Source: Oikopleura dioica | Lineage: Eukaryota; Animalia; Chordata | NCBI GenBank assembly: GCA_907165135.1 | Contig: OU015566.1 | Coordinates: 806,001 to 870,000, forward strand | Direction: 5' to 3' | Length of the DNA: 64,000 nt | Shown: positions 47,240 through 60,975 of the stretch, piece by piece | How the letters are laid out: every line of letters begins with the position of its first letter | Position numbering within the stretch: position 1 is the stretch's first letter | Translations under genes and position numbers: made by a program | The notes under the pieces: generated by a model | The model's input: only the letters and a program-made list of their open reading frames with translations | Told to the model about the DNA's origin: nothing | Database searches by the model: none

Positions 47240-50200
47240 TCAGAGTTTCTCATCAATTTCCGAAAAGTCATCGTCATTTTCAATATGAGACAAAATTTCC
47301 AGCGTCGCATCAAAAAGCGTCGAAAGATGATCTTCATCTTGATTTTCTTCCTCTTGTCGTTTTACTGCCCTTCTGTTCTTTCTGGCGAGAGTAAAGCTTG
47401 CCGATTGATCTTCATCTTCTGAATTGGAGTCGTAGTAAACCGAGTTGATCTTGCCGCGATTGGTGGAGGAAAATCGGTGGAGAAGGGCAGCGACTTTGCC
47501 GGTTTTGATGATTCCGTCGGTTTCTGCTGCGGGTCTTCCTTGGCGACTGAAAATCCATTGATAAGAAAAGTCATAGAGGAGAGAGATTTACCTTGGTCTC
47601 CTATTTGATGAATCAAACGACAACCGCGGAGTCGCCGGAACTGAAACTGTCACGAAATCTGTCTTTGTCGTCGAGTGAACTTGTTTCGGCGTTGTTGGTA
47701 CTGAGGCGCTCAGAATATTCCCCGGCGCTGATTGAGTACTGCTTCTCGCCGACTCGGATTCCTTGATTTTCTTCCCATTTTCTGTCTTTTCGGAAGTCCT
47801 CCTTGCTGTCAGCGGCGCGGAATCATCATCGGAAAGGATTCTCAAGTCCTCTTCTTCTATCACTTCCTCGAGAGAGCTTGTTGAGCCGCTTGAGAGGCGA
47901 GAGAGGGAAGAAATGGGGGAGCAAATTGGAATTGAAGGAGAAAGAATCGGAGTTGGAGGGGGAGGAGGGCTGAAAGGAGAGATGACTGGAGTTGGAATCG
48001 TCGGAATTGTTGGCGGCTTGGAATTCAGTGGAGAACAATCGACGCTGGAACCAGATGTTGAACGGATTATCTGAGAAGGATTTCGATGATTGGTAAAAAT
48101 GGAAAAATGCTGAGGATGTTGTCATGTTTTCAATCAAAAGACCCTTTCCTGGCTTGAAAAGCGCCTTGGCGCAATCGGCGTCCTCGCTCTCGAAAGATCA
48201 TCCAAAGACTTGTCTTTTCGATCTTTTATTCGATCATTTATTTTGTCATTCTGTTTTTCGGGAGTCGCCAGTTGTCTCGAGTCACAGCTGATTGATGCCG
48301 ATTTGATGTGAAAACTCGAGGAGCGTTTGGGAAGGCCAAAGATCGGGACGCGAGGCGACTCGCAAGGAATGGTCTTCATATTGGTCAAATTGTGGCTCGG
48401 GCGAGGGAGCGAGTTAACTTGACGAGCCGGTGATTGGGCGACGCGGCTGCGATCTGGAAATAGAAAGTGTTAAGAATCCAGATGAGTTGGAGCAACTCTA
48501 TGAGTTGTTCTCTTCGTTGATTTCGATGGTCGAAACTGACCTTTTTTCGATTTTCGTTTTCGCTCCCGATCCAAAATTGGCAATGATGACATTCTCGTGA
48601 GTCGGTTGTTTCGTGAATTTCGCATTGCATCACCTAAAATCATTCATTTATTTCTGAAACAAAAATGTTCAAAAAATTTTTAGTCAAAAATATCGATTTT
48701 CCAATAATTCCTCTGGTCATTGAAGTCTATGAAGAATCCTGAGTCAGGGTTCTTTTTCAATTTTCAGGACCCTGACTCAGGGTTATTCAGAGAGTTAAAA
48801 TAGGTGAAGAAACGAAAAATAAGTCAGAAATGTTCTCATAACAATCAGCGTATTTTGATCACCTCCGCTGTAAAAAAAATCGTGTGTTATCATCTAGCTC
48901 GGCTGGGTGCCAAAATAATAATGTTCAAATCATGTGCTGAAAATAATTCTAGAGCAAAGTGCGTCTGATTGCGATCTTGTCTGATCGCCCTTTGAAAATT
49001 TGAGACGGGCCGTATCACTCTGTTTGGGTTGGAGCAGGGCCAGAATTTCAAGTGTTTGATTTTTAAATTTCGCGTTATCAGTTGAATTGTTCAGCTGGAG
49101 TACTTTTTTGAACATTCTGAAATCCTCGAAAATTGGGTTTTTTAATTTGGATTTTTTCCAAAGAACATAATTTCGGCTGATTTGTCTTCTTGAAAATTCC
49201 AATTGTTAATTTTAACTGTTTATCTAGCAAATTTCTTGGCCGTGCGCTTTGTTTATTTAGTTTCTATTTTCAGAAGCTTCATTTTTTCTGAGCTGCGGTT
49301 CGGCCTTTTGGGCACACGCCAACTCGCGGACCTCGCCCGGAATAGACCGGATATTTGAATTTCGCCTTCGTTTTTACCATAAACTCGGTGATAGAAAAGT
49401 TCAAAATAAGCGACTTATCGTTTTTTGTCGAAGTTATGAATTTTTGAAGGAATCGTGTGAATAAAACCAATTTGCACTTCCGGGTCAATCAAAGGGTCGG
49501 CCAACTCGTCTGTGGTCAGAAAAAATGGCTCAGATCCAAATTGTGAGTGGGGAAAAAGGTCAAATCATATTTGACCAGTTCAAAAGAGTGTTTTTTTAGT
49601 ATAATTTATTGAAAAAAATTTGTTGAAAAAAATTTTGAAAAAAAATTTGGGAAAAAAATTTGGGAAAAAAATTTTTGGAAAAAATTTAGGAAAAAAATTT
49701 CGGGAAAAAATTTTAGGAAAAAATTTTGGGAAATAATTTGACGAAAAAATTTAAAGATAATTTTTTTAAATCACAGATTTTCCCTGCTTTTATGAACTAA
49801 GCCGGCGGAAAATTCAACCCCAAGGGAGGTTATCTCCTTATTATGCAGCCGGGCAGAGATTGCAATAAGGTCAGCTTTCAACTAAAATTTCGAGCACTGA
49901 AATCTTGGCCCCAGTCCAAATTTTGCTTTTTCGCGAGAGAGATTTTCACGCATGTTTAGTTTCGTCAGATTTGAATTTCAAGAAAAAGGACTTACAGTTG
50001 AGAATTTTGTCTTTTGCATCGTTTGGTACTGGAGCTGGATGATTCTCCATCATCAGTCGTTTCAAATGGTGGCAGAAGAAGGACTTGTCTTCCAGGGTTA
50101 TCGCGGTCAGAATAATCTAAAGAATGATTGATTGGAGCTTGGGGAAATCCTTCTTGTACCTTGCTTTTAATATCATCAAATGGCATGACGGAAAAAGTAC

Positions 50201-53200
50201 ATTCTTCATCTTTTCGATCCTGGACGACCAAGTTTTGAGTTGGAATCTGGACTTTGACTTCAAATCTGTCGTGATGTTTCTTAACCGGAAGTTAGGGGTG
50301 AAATGGGAAAGGGGAATGTTACCTTTAGGAGAATAAATAATTTGTGGAAGAGAAGGACATGTCGTTGCTGGCGACCTTGATAGACAGGCGCGTCTATCAC
50401 CAGCTCGCCTAGGCAGGAAAGATCTGGGCCAGAGTAGTTGAGCAACTGAGACTGTAGTTCTAGAAACAAGGGTCAGGCAATGAATGAACCAATGAACCCT
50501 CAAGTGAACCCGCGATTTTCGACTCAACTCTCTTCTCCTTTTTTTGGGGTCTGTTTATCGGACGCGGCCACAGCCGTAGCCAGTGTTTTCAGAAACAGAT
50601 GTGTCGAGTGTACAAACCTTGAAGTTTAAGTTGGTCTTCGTGTTGCCGCTTGACCTCGTTGATGTGGCTAGCCACGGTCGACATCGATGCGAGGGCTTGT
50701 TCGACCAAGGGCTCGTTCGGGGACATCTTCTTACATAGCTTCTTGAATTTTGATAAGAATAAAGTAAAGAAAGGTTGAAATATATAACTGAAGGGGTAGA
50801 ACCATTGTCTCGAAGACCTGTGTTGGAAACCTGAGTCAGGGTCCTGAGTTGCCATAGCGACTTTTCAGAAACCTGACTCAGGTTATCAACACAGGTTTTC
50901 TGAACCCACGTGACGTCTCTTTTGGCTGAAAAGAGACGATTAAAAATGGTGGATTTCTTTGAGTGCCGACAATTAGATGGAAATTGGAAACGCGTTGGTT
51001 TATAACCTGCCGGAAATCTCGCGTATTTACATGCAAGTGGAGATTTACGGCTGGCGCGGGGCCACACTTCCGACGCCCATCTCAACTTTATGTCGCCAGA
51101 TCAAGGTCACCGCCTTCTTTCGCATCCCTTTTACTTTCGACACGCCCTAGTCCTCCTACCTGCAAGATGTCGGGATATTTGCAGACTCTCTGGAAGGGTT
51201 TGAGCAAATAAGTCGACAGTGGCAGCGGGTGTCCGAGCTTTTTCTGCAGCTCGGCGAGAGCGGATCTGACGCGCTCGCGCTCTAGAATGTCGACGAGCAT
51301 TCCGTTCGAATGCGGGAGGTTTGTACAGTAGTAGGTGTAGATTTTGAACTCTTCGGACTGAAATTGAATCGATTATGGATCATTTTTCTTGTTGAAAATG
51401 TCGCTTACATTTTGAATAAAGACATTTGCGATGCTGGCAAGATTTTCGTGACTTCGAAACAGCTTTTCATAGATTTTTCTGAAAAATTTTTAGGGTTTAC
51501 TGAATTTTTTTTGGATTTTTTTGAAATATTTTTTGAGATATTTTTTGAAATATTTTTAGAAATTTTTTTTTGAATATTTTTGACTTTTTTTTTGAAATTA
51601 TTTTTTTTTTTGAAATTTATTATTGAAATTTTTTTTAATTCCTTTTCAATAATCCTTGAACTTTTTCAGCGGCGCTAAAAAAATCGCCCTTGAAATTCAA
51701 TCCTCTCGAAAGAATCAAATCCGTGTTAACAAGCATGTTAAACCTTTATTTTGCTTTTTGTTTCTGTCATAAATCTAATCACCCGTGAATCGCCCAGGTG
51801 GTGATCAGCGATCGCCTTTCTCATCCCTCTTGACATATAAAATCGCGAAAAACGAGACACCCTTAATTTCAAAAAACCCACTTTTCCCGCCAAGAAAATT
51901 TTCATTTTTCAAGTGCGAGTAGCGTAAAAACTTCCGAAACTCGTCAAAAGCCAATTTTCTAAGGTCATTTTTAAGGTCGGATAATCTTCCGCCAATTTCC
52001 TGGAAGTTGCTTGCTTCCTGGCAAAGAAATGGGAAATTTGGAATAATGACCGTTTTCTCTCGATAACGAGCTTTTTCTGAGTTTTCATGAAAAACAAACG
52101 GCTTTATGAAGATCAGAGCCGCAAAACTTTCATAAAGCCGCTTTCATAAAGCCGCTAGATTGATTTTCATGAAAACTCAGGAGAAGCTCGTCATTAAGAA
52201 AAAACGGTCAAAATTCCAAATTTTCCTTCAATAACGAGCTTTTCCTGAGTTTTCATGAAAAAAAATCAAGCGGCTTTATAAAGAAAAAAGCCGCAAAGCG
52301 GCTTTGCCAGACATCAAAATTTTATTTTACTTTTTTCAAAATCTCGAAAGACTCTTCCTTGGGTTCTGTGAGCCCCACAATAATGACTTGGTAATAGTGG
52401 CCTTCAAATTGATAATGATCGTTTTTTGTGTACTTACAAGTGAAAAGCGGCAATTTCCTCGAGATTGAGAAAGATCACGTCGATCTCGGCCATTGTTAGC
52501 GGAAGGGCGTTTTTGGTGACTTCGAGGCGCAGTGGCGTCAGGTAGCCGGTGATCACTTCTTGTAGCGAGTTCAAATATGCAAACTCGGTTTCGATCAGCT
52601 CGTTGATTACTTGTTCTACTGCCACGGGTAGGGGACGGTGTTCCTCTTCGATCAGGGCTCCTAGACGGAGGGAGTCGGATAGGTAGGAGCCGCGGGAGGA
52701 GGCAGAGGAGACAGAACTAGAAATCGATAAGAGTCGAGCTATACAGCCTTCTTATTGGTCAGTTGTGCCAATTAAGCCTTTTGATTTGTCGGTATATGAA
52801 ATTTTCTGGGGAGAAGTCTGAAATCGACAAAAAATTCGAAAAATTTTGCGTGAAAATTTACAACCAATAAGAAGGTTGGATTCGGCTAACCGACCAATCA
52901 GCAGCTGTAAAGCCGCCAACTCAAAATTTGTCGAAAATTTTGTCGGTTCCTGAAGCAACCCCATTTTTTCCCAAAAATTTTTTGCATTATTTGATTCTTT
53001 TTTTGGAAAATTTTTATTTTGAAACCACAATTTTCACACTTTTTAAAATTGATTTGCGACGAGAATAGACAAGAGAAAAGCACTTGAGGGGGAATAAACA
53101 AGTCTTTGATCTATTTTCGCAGATGCGCAAAAAAAACTCAGGGTGAGGCCCTTATGCCACCCCTAAATAAAGATTTGCGCTTCTCATCTCAAGTGCACGA

Positions 53201-53546
53201 ACAAATGAAAACTGAAAAAAAAATATTGCGATTCAATTTCTGAAAATTTTCAAGACAAAAATTGGCGCAAATCCGAGGCGGGCGCACTTGATATTTTTGA
53301 AAAAATAGAAAAGCGGAAGTGGAAATAATCGGATTTTGAAAATGAAGTGGCTTTTCGAGGAATTTCAAAATTTGTCAAATTTGAATTTTACCTGTAGGAG
53401 GTGGGGCGCGTCGGCTTGCCAGTCCAGCTGGGCGGCTTTCCAGAGTCGGTCGAGCCCGTGTCGAAGTCATAGGTGTGCGAGGCCGTCCACGTGACACCCG
53501 GGTCGACTTTTTGACGCGCGTCCGGCGGACGGTTCCGGGTGATCAT
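47240..53546 (-). CDS. DH-PH RhoGEF, PLEKHG1/2/3-like
   Basis: EQVINELIETEFAYLNSL, LPLSTYLLKPFQRVCKY, ASHINEVKRQHE, LGELV..RHVLLFHKLFILLK; S/P-rich tail. Linkage of the 47240-49500 exons to this gene is inferred. Confidence 0.8.
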
Positions 53547-54229
53547 TGCCTGACTGAAAAGAAATTTGTTCATTTTTGCAGAAAAATAAGGGAAGGTTGA
53601 GGGTAATCTCAAGAATATCGGGAAACCGGAAAAAATCGACAAAAAATTTCGACAAATTTTGCATGAAAATTTTAAACCAATCAGAAGCCTGGATTTGACT
53701 AACCGGTGATTCAGCAGCAGAAAAGCCGCCCACGCAAAATTTTTCGAAATTTTTTGTCGACTACTGACGCCACCCTAGAATATCGACGTCAACCCTTAGA
53801 AATAAGTGACCACTGGATAAAAAAAATCTAATTAGCAAAATGTCCACATTCCTCGTCTGTCTCGTTCAAATCTTCTCTTATCGTATGAAAGAGGTTTGCT
53901 TTGCTGTGAGCCAATAACAACTAAATAACGTCTTATCATTCTCAACACACCGGGGTGGTCCAAGATCCGCGCCGCTATCAACCACCCGGTGACGTCCTAC
54001 AGACGCATGAGCTCAACTAGCGCTTTCAAACTTGCGAAAACAGGCGGTTTTAGGTTAATTTATTGAAAAATGGTTGTTGTACGAATGAAAATATGAGTTG
54101 TTAAAAAAAGCTCAAAGGTCAGGGAAATAAAAGTGGCGGCACCAGTATGGCGATTTCGTGTAAACGAGTCGGCTTTTATTTATAATACTTTTTGGGTCAA
54201 TCAAGTTAATTTCTATGCTGATTTATTCG

Positions 54230-54380
54230 ACCAGATTTAACGAAGTGACACCCTTAAATAACCTTTCAGAAAAAGGGTTAGGATAAGGTTTGGGTTACTT
54301 ATTCCTTTACCTTAACATAACCTTAACCACAACCTATTTTCCGAGAGAAAAATTAAGGGTGTCACTTCGATAAATCTGGT
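54230..54380. mobile_element. Short MITE
   Basis: ~28-bp TIR ACCAGATTTA(A/T)CGAAGTGACACCCTTAA. Confidence 0.65.
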
Positions 54381-55170
54381 CCAACAATTAAAAAAACATA
54401 AGTTTACATTATTTCTTAAAAAAACCGGACTGTTACCTGAATCAGGCTCCTTAAAAGCGCTTGAAAGGTTTGAAAATTTTCTCGATCAAAAAATAAGGGT
54501 GTCACAATTTTATCATACAAGAAAAGATTGCAAAAAGTCTTGGCATTGAGCCTCTTTCTCGACCCCCGGAATTTGTCAATTTGTAATCCGCCCAAAAAGT
54601 GCTTGACACAGTAGAAATTTCCGAAAATTGTTCCCCACTTGACTGTGCACGTGACCATAAAGGCAAAGCTCGCGCGGAAGGGGGGTGATCACTCATTTAT
54701 AGTGTTTATCCTCGCGTTGGTGCCTTTTTGCGTGTGAAAAGCTCGCTCGTAAAACACTTTTTTCGTGAAAACGTGCGGTAAGCGAAATTGCAGGAAATGC
54801 AATTTTAACCTCGAGCACGTTCGCATCAACTTGTGAGGTATTTGCGGTTTTTGAGAGGTTGAGCCAAGTTTAAATGATTTTCTGATTATTGCTTACATAA
54901 ATCTAGAGCACTTGCACCCCATAAACTCATCCTAATCAATCTTCTCTTTATTGAAAAAAATATTTTTCAAGTTTTTTCCGATGAGAAATTCAGCTACTAT
55001 AGAAAACTCAGCCATTTGATTCATTTTGAATGAAGCAGATTCAGTCATACAAAAAGCAGTAAAAATCTGCTCTCGAAAAATCAGTGACTGTCTCCAAAAC
55101 AGTGGATAAATATGTTTCCAAAGCAAAGGGGGGGAAGATACTTTTTGGCTTCAAAGAATAAAACTTTTAA

Positions 55171-55374
55171 GGGTGTCGCGTCCCTAAATTTTCCATTTAA
55201 AAATAACGGTAAGGGTGACCTTAAGGGTACCCGAATTTCAGAAAGTGAAAACTTATCGACAACCTTATCGCTTTTTCAAATTCGGGTACCCTTATTAAGG
55301 GTCCCTTAATTTGAGGGTCTTAAGGTCACCCTTAACGTTATTTTTAAAATGCACAATTTAAGGACGGGACCCCC
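55171..55374. mobile_element. TTAA-flanked Kolobok-like palindromic MITE
   Basis: TTAA|GGG...CCCC|TTAA; internal mirrored TAAGGGTGACCTTAAG and GGGTACCCGAATTT. Confidence 0.65.
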
Positions 55375-56330
55375 TTAAAAATTCAATTCTTTGAAAACTA
55401 AAGGTAAGAAAAACAAGTGAATGAGGGGACACCCTTATTATTGAAATAAAAAATTTTTATCAATTTTTTTGTGAAAAAGTGGCAAGAAAAAAATCGCGAC
55501 CTTTGGTTCTCAAGTTCTTTTCAAGAAGCAGACAATAAAGAACTTTTTGGCAGAGGAATAATATAATACCGCTTTTGCACTGGAATGGCGCCAATATGAA
55601 CTGATTTTCAATCAGAAATTCTCCGCATCGCTAATCCGCGAGTTTTTTGTTTCCGCAAAAATACAAAAAAATGGAGAGCGGCGGCACCAAAATCCGCTTC
55701 TCTGAAATTCGTTGGGTTCAGTTAAAAATCAACTAACAAAGAGACACCCTTATTTTCTATTAAATGAAAATAAAATAAATAAGGGTGTCACCATCAAATT
55801 CATTTTCTTCGTTTTTATATCTTAAGGATATCAAAAACGATTTTGGTAAAGAAAAACCCGAGGTCAATCGTTGTTGACACCCTTAAAGGGGTTCTAACAT
55901 CTTTGATTTAAAATAAGGGTGTCATCTTGTTAATTTTGACCGTGAGAAAAACCAACTTTCTCGCGTGCTCTAAAAAAGAAGCAACCGGATCAGGTTTGAC
56001 CGGTGTTCGATCATCGAGAAACAAAATGATCAAAGGGGAGAAGCGGCCTTGTCCAGATTGAGAAAGAAAGGATTATCTCCTCAATTAAAAGCGCGAGAGC
56101 GCAGTGATAACAGCATCCACTTTTTCCCTCATTATTTTCTTAGAAAAAGCCAAATAAGGCGATCATAAGATGTTTTTGCCCTCTTTTTGACAGAAAAAAA
56201 ATTGCAAAATTTTGGCGAAATTTCGTCGAAAGGTTAACTTTTCGAAGAAAAAATTAGAAAATCGAGGGAAAGCAAAAATCATGACAGGATATTTATGAGT
56301 CATAAATTATGACGATTTAACTGTTTGATC

Positions 56331-57116
56331 CAGAGTTGGTAAAAAATTATACTTCCCCTCGCCCTTCAAAAATCTGCAGGGCGCCCTTCATTCTTGAAGG
56401 GCGGTGAAGTGTACTTCACGCGCCCTTCAAAGCCCTGAAGTATACTTCAGCTATCGGTTCATCCAGAGTTGGTAAAAAAGTATACTTCACTCGCCCTTCA
56501 GAATGAAGTATACTTCATGAAGTATACTTCAGGGCGTTGCAGGGCGTTGAAGGGCGTGAAGTGTACTTCCGCCCTTCCCTCTACTTCAACCGCCCTTCCG
56601 CCCTTCACTCTACTTCAACTTGGTTCTGTCGGCCATCAGAATCCATCCGCCAGAATTTTTTCAAATTTTGCGCTTATTGGCTCTCAGGCGCCATGATTTA
56701 AATCACGCTGATTGTGGCAGATGAACCGATAGCTGAAGTATACTTCAGGGCTTTGAAGGGCGCGTGAAGTACACTTCACCGCCCTTCAAGAATGAAGGGC
56801 GCCCTGCAGATTTTTGAAGGGCGAGGGGAAGTATACTTTTTTACCAACTCTGGGTTCATCTGCCACAATCAGCGTGATTTAAATCATGGCGCCTGAGAGC
56901 CAATAAGCGCAAAATTTGAAAAAATTCTGGCGGATGGATTCTGATGGCCGACAGAACCAAGTTGAAGTAGAGTGAAGGGCGGAAGGGCGGTTGAAGTAGA
57001 GGGAAGGGCGGAAGTACACTTCACGCCCTTCAACGCCCTGCAACGCCCTGAAGTATACTTCATGAAGTATACTTCATTCTGAAGGGCGAGTGAAGTATAC
57101 TTTTTTACCAACTCTG
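56331..57116. mobile_element. 389-bp hAT MITE interrupted by an inverted copy of itself (56464-56852)
   Basis: CAGAGTTGGTAAAAAA TIRs; outer TSD GTTTGATC, inner TSD GGTTCATC. Confidence 0.92.
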
Positions 57117-57569
57117 GTTTGATCCCTTGACATTTTCGCCATGTTGACTTTTCCACGCAAATTTTGACTTACGTCATGACATGTGCAAAGAGACTACCTG
57201 CCTCTACCGGGTTAAGGGTCTCAAAGTCCTTAGCTCTGATTTTTTCCATATTGTTTTCGGCAAATTTCGCGCCGCTGATTTCAAAAAAAAAGGCGCTCGA
57301 TAATTTTCTCGCCATTGATCAATTAAAATTAGCAAACAAGAAAATCTGACAAAAACGACCTTCTGTTGCATATTCCTCCCCTCGCGCGTTTGGGATTGAA
57401 TTTTGACGATCAAGGAGATTTTCAATCAAGCTTAATTGATCTTTTTTTCCTAATTGATCCCTTGTGATTTTTTGTTTCGAGGCAGGAGATGATGCTAAGT
57501 GGCAAACAAACAAAAAGATACTGCAAAAAGGATTAAAAAGGATAATATCTGTTGGATGACTCCTTCTGG

Positions 57570-57875
57570 AAATAAATTAAGGGTGTCAAGTTGATATTTT
57601 TCCGGAATAAAATAAGGGTGTCACTTTGATATTTTTTTAGAAAAGAATAAGAGTATCATTTCGTTTTTTTTTTAGAAATAAAATAAGGAGGTCACGATGA
57701 TATTCTTTCAGAGTTTCAATAATGGTGTCACTTTAATATTTTTTCAGAAAAAAATAAGGGTGTCACTTCGTTTTTTCCGGAATAAAATAAGGGTGTCACT
57801 TTGATATTTTTTTAAGGAATAAAATAAGGGTGTCACTGTAATATATTTTAGTTTTTCAATAAGGGTGTCGCTATG
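57570..57875 (+). repeat. Degenerate ~40-bp tandem array with AATAAGGGTGTCACT core
   Basis: About 8 units separated by A/T tracts. Confidence 0.8.
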
Positions 57876-59784
57876 ATATTTTTAAAAGAAAAAAAACTGG
57901 TTTTAATTTTGACTTTCCTGGCAAAAGAACCCATTTTTTACTCTTTTTTTCAATTTTTCTCTTATTTATTTCAATAATTTCAATAATTTTCCGTGATTTT
58001 TGAAAAGTGTCATTTGCATTAAACAACGCTAGATCGTTTACTCTTTTGATTCAATATTCACTCACTCAGAGCGCGCGGCCTGTGTGTGCCCAAAGCTTCT
58101 GCCTGTTTACCCGGCCGCGCAGGAAAATCGCAAGTCCACTGTTTCAGAAAGACTCGGCAAGGACAAAAATCAAAAAAGCAAAAAAGAAAGAGCAAAGTCC
58201 AAGTTTGAGGTCGAGGAGATTAATTGCCATGGGAAGAGAGAGGAAAATTTTAATGGGCTGCAAACAATACTAGCTCTTGATTGAAGCAGTCCTTATCAGC
58301 TGATTGTGAAGGACCCGGGAATCGAAAGATCAGTGAAGTGGATTATTTTAAAATTTAAAAATAAAATTCATCTAAAATTGAAAATATAGATATTCTTTGA
58401 ATTATTTTTTAAGGCTATTTTCAAGTTAATTTATAATTAATAATAAAATTATATTAATTCTGATTTTAATAAAATTAAAATAAATTTTAATAAACCAATA
58501 AATAATTTATAATAAAGCCGTCTCAGCATTGTAAAATTAAAAAGTACACTCATCGGCCCTATTTCATGGGAACCTCGTCACTCTCGATAGTCAAAAATAA
58601 GCCAAGGTTATGAAAACACGATTCTTGCGCAACCAAGCCTTATTTATAAATAAACTTTCATTCATTTTCAATAAGAAATCTCCCGAAATGAATATTCGTT
58701 CTTTTCTTTATTTAAAATATTATATTTTGAAAAGTTTCCTAAAAAGAGGTGCTGCTAAAAACTAAATTCAGGTGTCGTAACAAAAGCACACCCGCCGGGT
58801 AGGGGCTTTTGTTTGCGATCATCGTTTATGTCGGTGATTACTTTTTTATTCTTTTTGAACTTTTTAGGTGAAAGGGTATGAAAGCTCAAATTTTTAAAAA
58901 TTTAAGGACTTACTTTTCATAAGATTCCAGCGTCGCCGCTTTCTTCAATTCTTCCAAAATCGTAATTTTCTTTTCTTCTTTATCTCTTTTTTCTTCAAAA
59001 TAAATCTCTATTATCGCTTAACCAAAAAACACTTAGTGTGATTTTTAACTCTTGAAAGGAAATAGTTGCAAACCAGCTTCAAGAAGACGAGATAAAAAAA
59101 CGCGCAAGGCGGTAGCGCAGCGGGGATTTTCGCGTTTCAGATGCGGAGCGCCGTCTAGCCGCGAATAGCGCTGGCCCGATCCGACCCGGCCCAAGTTCGA
59201 GCAGAATCGAGCGACACAAGAGCCGCTTGATCTTCTTCAACAGCTTCCGGTCAAGGGGCGAAGTCAAGAATTATTGGCAAGGGCGACTTAGGGAGCTCTT
59301 TTTCGAAGGCGTGTTTTTTCGAGTCGAGAATTTCTGGCCTCCTGCTTTAAAAAAAATTTAAATTTAAATTTAATAAGGGTGTCACTTAGTTAACTCAAAT
59401 TTTTTGATTATTGAAATAAACAGTAACTGCCCCTTTGAAAAAAAAATTCGACCCAAAAACACCTGCTGCCGGATCAACCCTTTTTTCAATCAAGGCCATC
59501 ACGTCACGGATATTTAGGTGATAATCGCTTGCTCAAGATCAGCTGTTTATGAGAATCATCTTTCTCAAACTCAAAAATAATTAGAAGAAATTTGACTTGA
59601 ACAAGTTCAAGCTCGTTTCTTTCTAGAAGAAACCGTGGATGACTCTTTCCGGGTTTTCGTTCAATCGGGAAGTGCGGCCGCATGAAATCACAAATTTGCC
59701 ACGAGCTGGAGCGATGCCAGCGGCGGCACATGTACCTCGGCTTATGAAATAATGCAAGTGTGAATAAGCTGACCCTGTCTTTTT

Positions 59785-60625
59785 GGCTACTCCCGCATTT
59801 CCCAAAATCCTGGATTTCCCAAATCCTGGATTTCTCAAAATCCTGAATTTCTCAAATCGCCAAATCAGGATTCTGCCGATTCTGGATTTTGGGAAATGCA
59901 GGATTGGGAAAAGCAGGATTTTGAGAAATTAAGGATTTAGCTTAAATTGGTCTCCGTTTGCCCGAAAAGAAGCCGATTCTGGCTTCTTTAACCCCAATCC
60001 TGGCTTCACCAACTTCAATCATGTCTTCTCCAATATCATTGATATTTTATCAATCATGGGTTCTCCATCGTCAATTCTGGTACATCGTCAATCCTAGCTT
60101 CACCGACTTAAATCATGGCTTCTCCAATGTCAATCCCGGCTTCATCGACGTCAATCCCGACTTCTTCAATGTCATCATTTTCAATCACGGCTTTTCCAAC
60201 AATAATCTAATCTTGGATAAGCCATGATCGACATTCAAGAAGCAATAATAGAGAACTGAGAAGCCGGGACTGACATCTGAAAAGCTAGGATTGAAAAAAG
60301 TGACGACCGGATCGGATTTAAAGAAGCCGGGATAGACGCTGGAGATGCCAAGATTGACGTATGTAAAGCTAGGATCGAAATTGTTGAAGCCAGGATTGAA
60401 GTTGGTGAAGTCGGGATAGACTGTGGAGAAGCCAAGAAATAAAAGTTATATGATCAATCAATTCAAATTTGGTAAAGCAAGAAAACTGACTCAAAAGAAA
60501 AAATAATCCCGCATTTCCCAAAATCCTGAATCGGCAGAATCCTGATTTGGCGATTTGAGAAATTCAGGATTTTGAGAAATCCAGGATTTGGGAAATCCAG
60601 GATTTTGAGAAATGCGGGAGCAGCC
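59785..60625. mobile_element. MULE-like foldback element with internal inverted 21-bp repeats
   Basis: GGCT(A/G)CTCCCGCATTTC TIR extending >100 bp; 9-bp TSD TGTCTTTTT. Confidence 0.8.
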
Positions 60626-60641
60626 TGTCTTTTTGGGCTAC

Positions 60642-60975
60642 GCAACCTGTGCAGAAAACCTGACTCAGAGACCCTGACACAGGGACCTTGACTAAGAAAC
60701 CCTGACTCAGGGTCTTAAAGACCTTAAATTAAAAGCCGCAAAGCAGCTTTTTTTAATAACGATTTCGCTATGCGGCTTTTGATTCAAGGTCATTAAGAAC
60801 CTGAGTCAGGTTCCTGAGTCAAGATTCCTGAGTGAGGGTCCCTGAATCAGGTTTTTAAAGATTTGAAATCCAAAGCCGCGTTGCGGCTTTTTAGAAAATG
60901 AAGCCGCTACGCGGCTTTTGATTTACAGTCTTTAAGACCCTGACTCAGGTACCCCAGGTTCTTTACACAGATTGC
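60642..60975. mobile_element. Family-E MITE
   Basis: GCAACCTGTG..AACCTGA ends, multiple CCTGA(C/G)TCAG and AAGCCGC-NNN-GCGGCTT; related short copies at ~28190-28265, 48735-48785, 50817-50900. Confidence 0.7.

Noticed and set aside
56469-57156. Duplicate ORFs 56469+ and 56884-
   Set aside because: They lie inside the self-nested non-coding MITE
57900-59780. Possible exons (58084+, 59079-, ~59620+)
   Set aside because: No motifs and no coherent gene model
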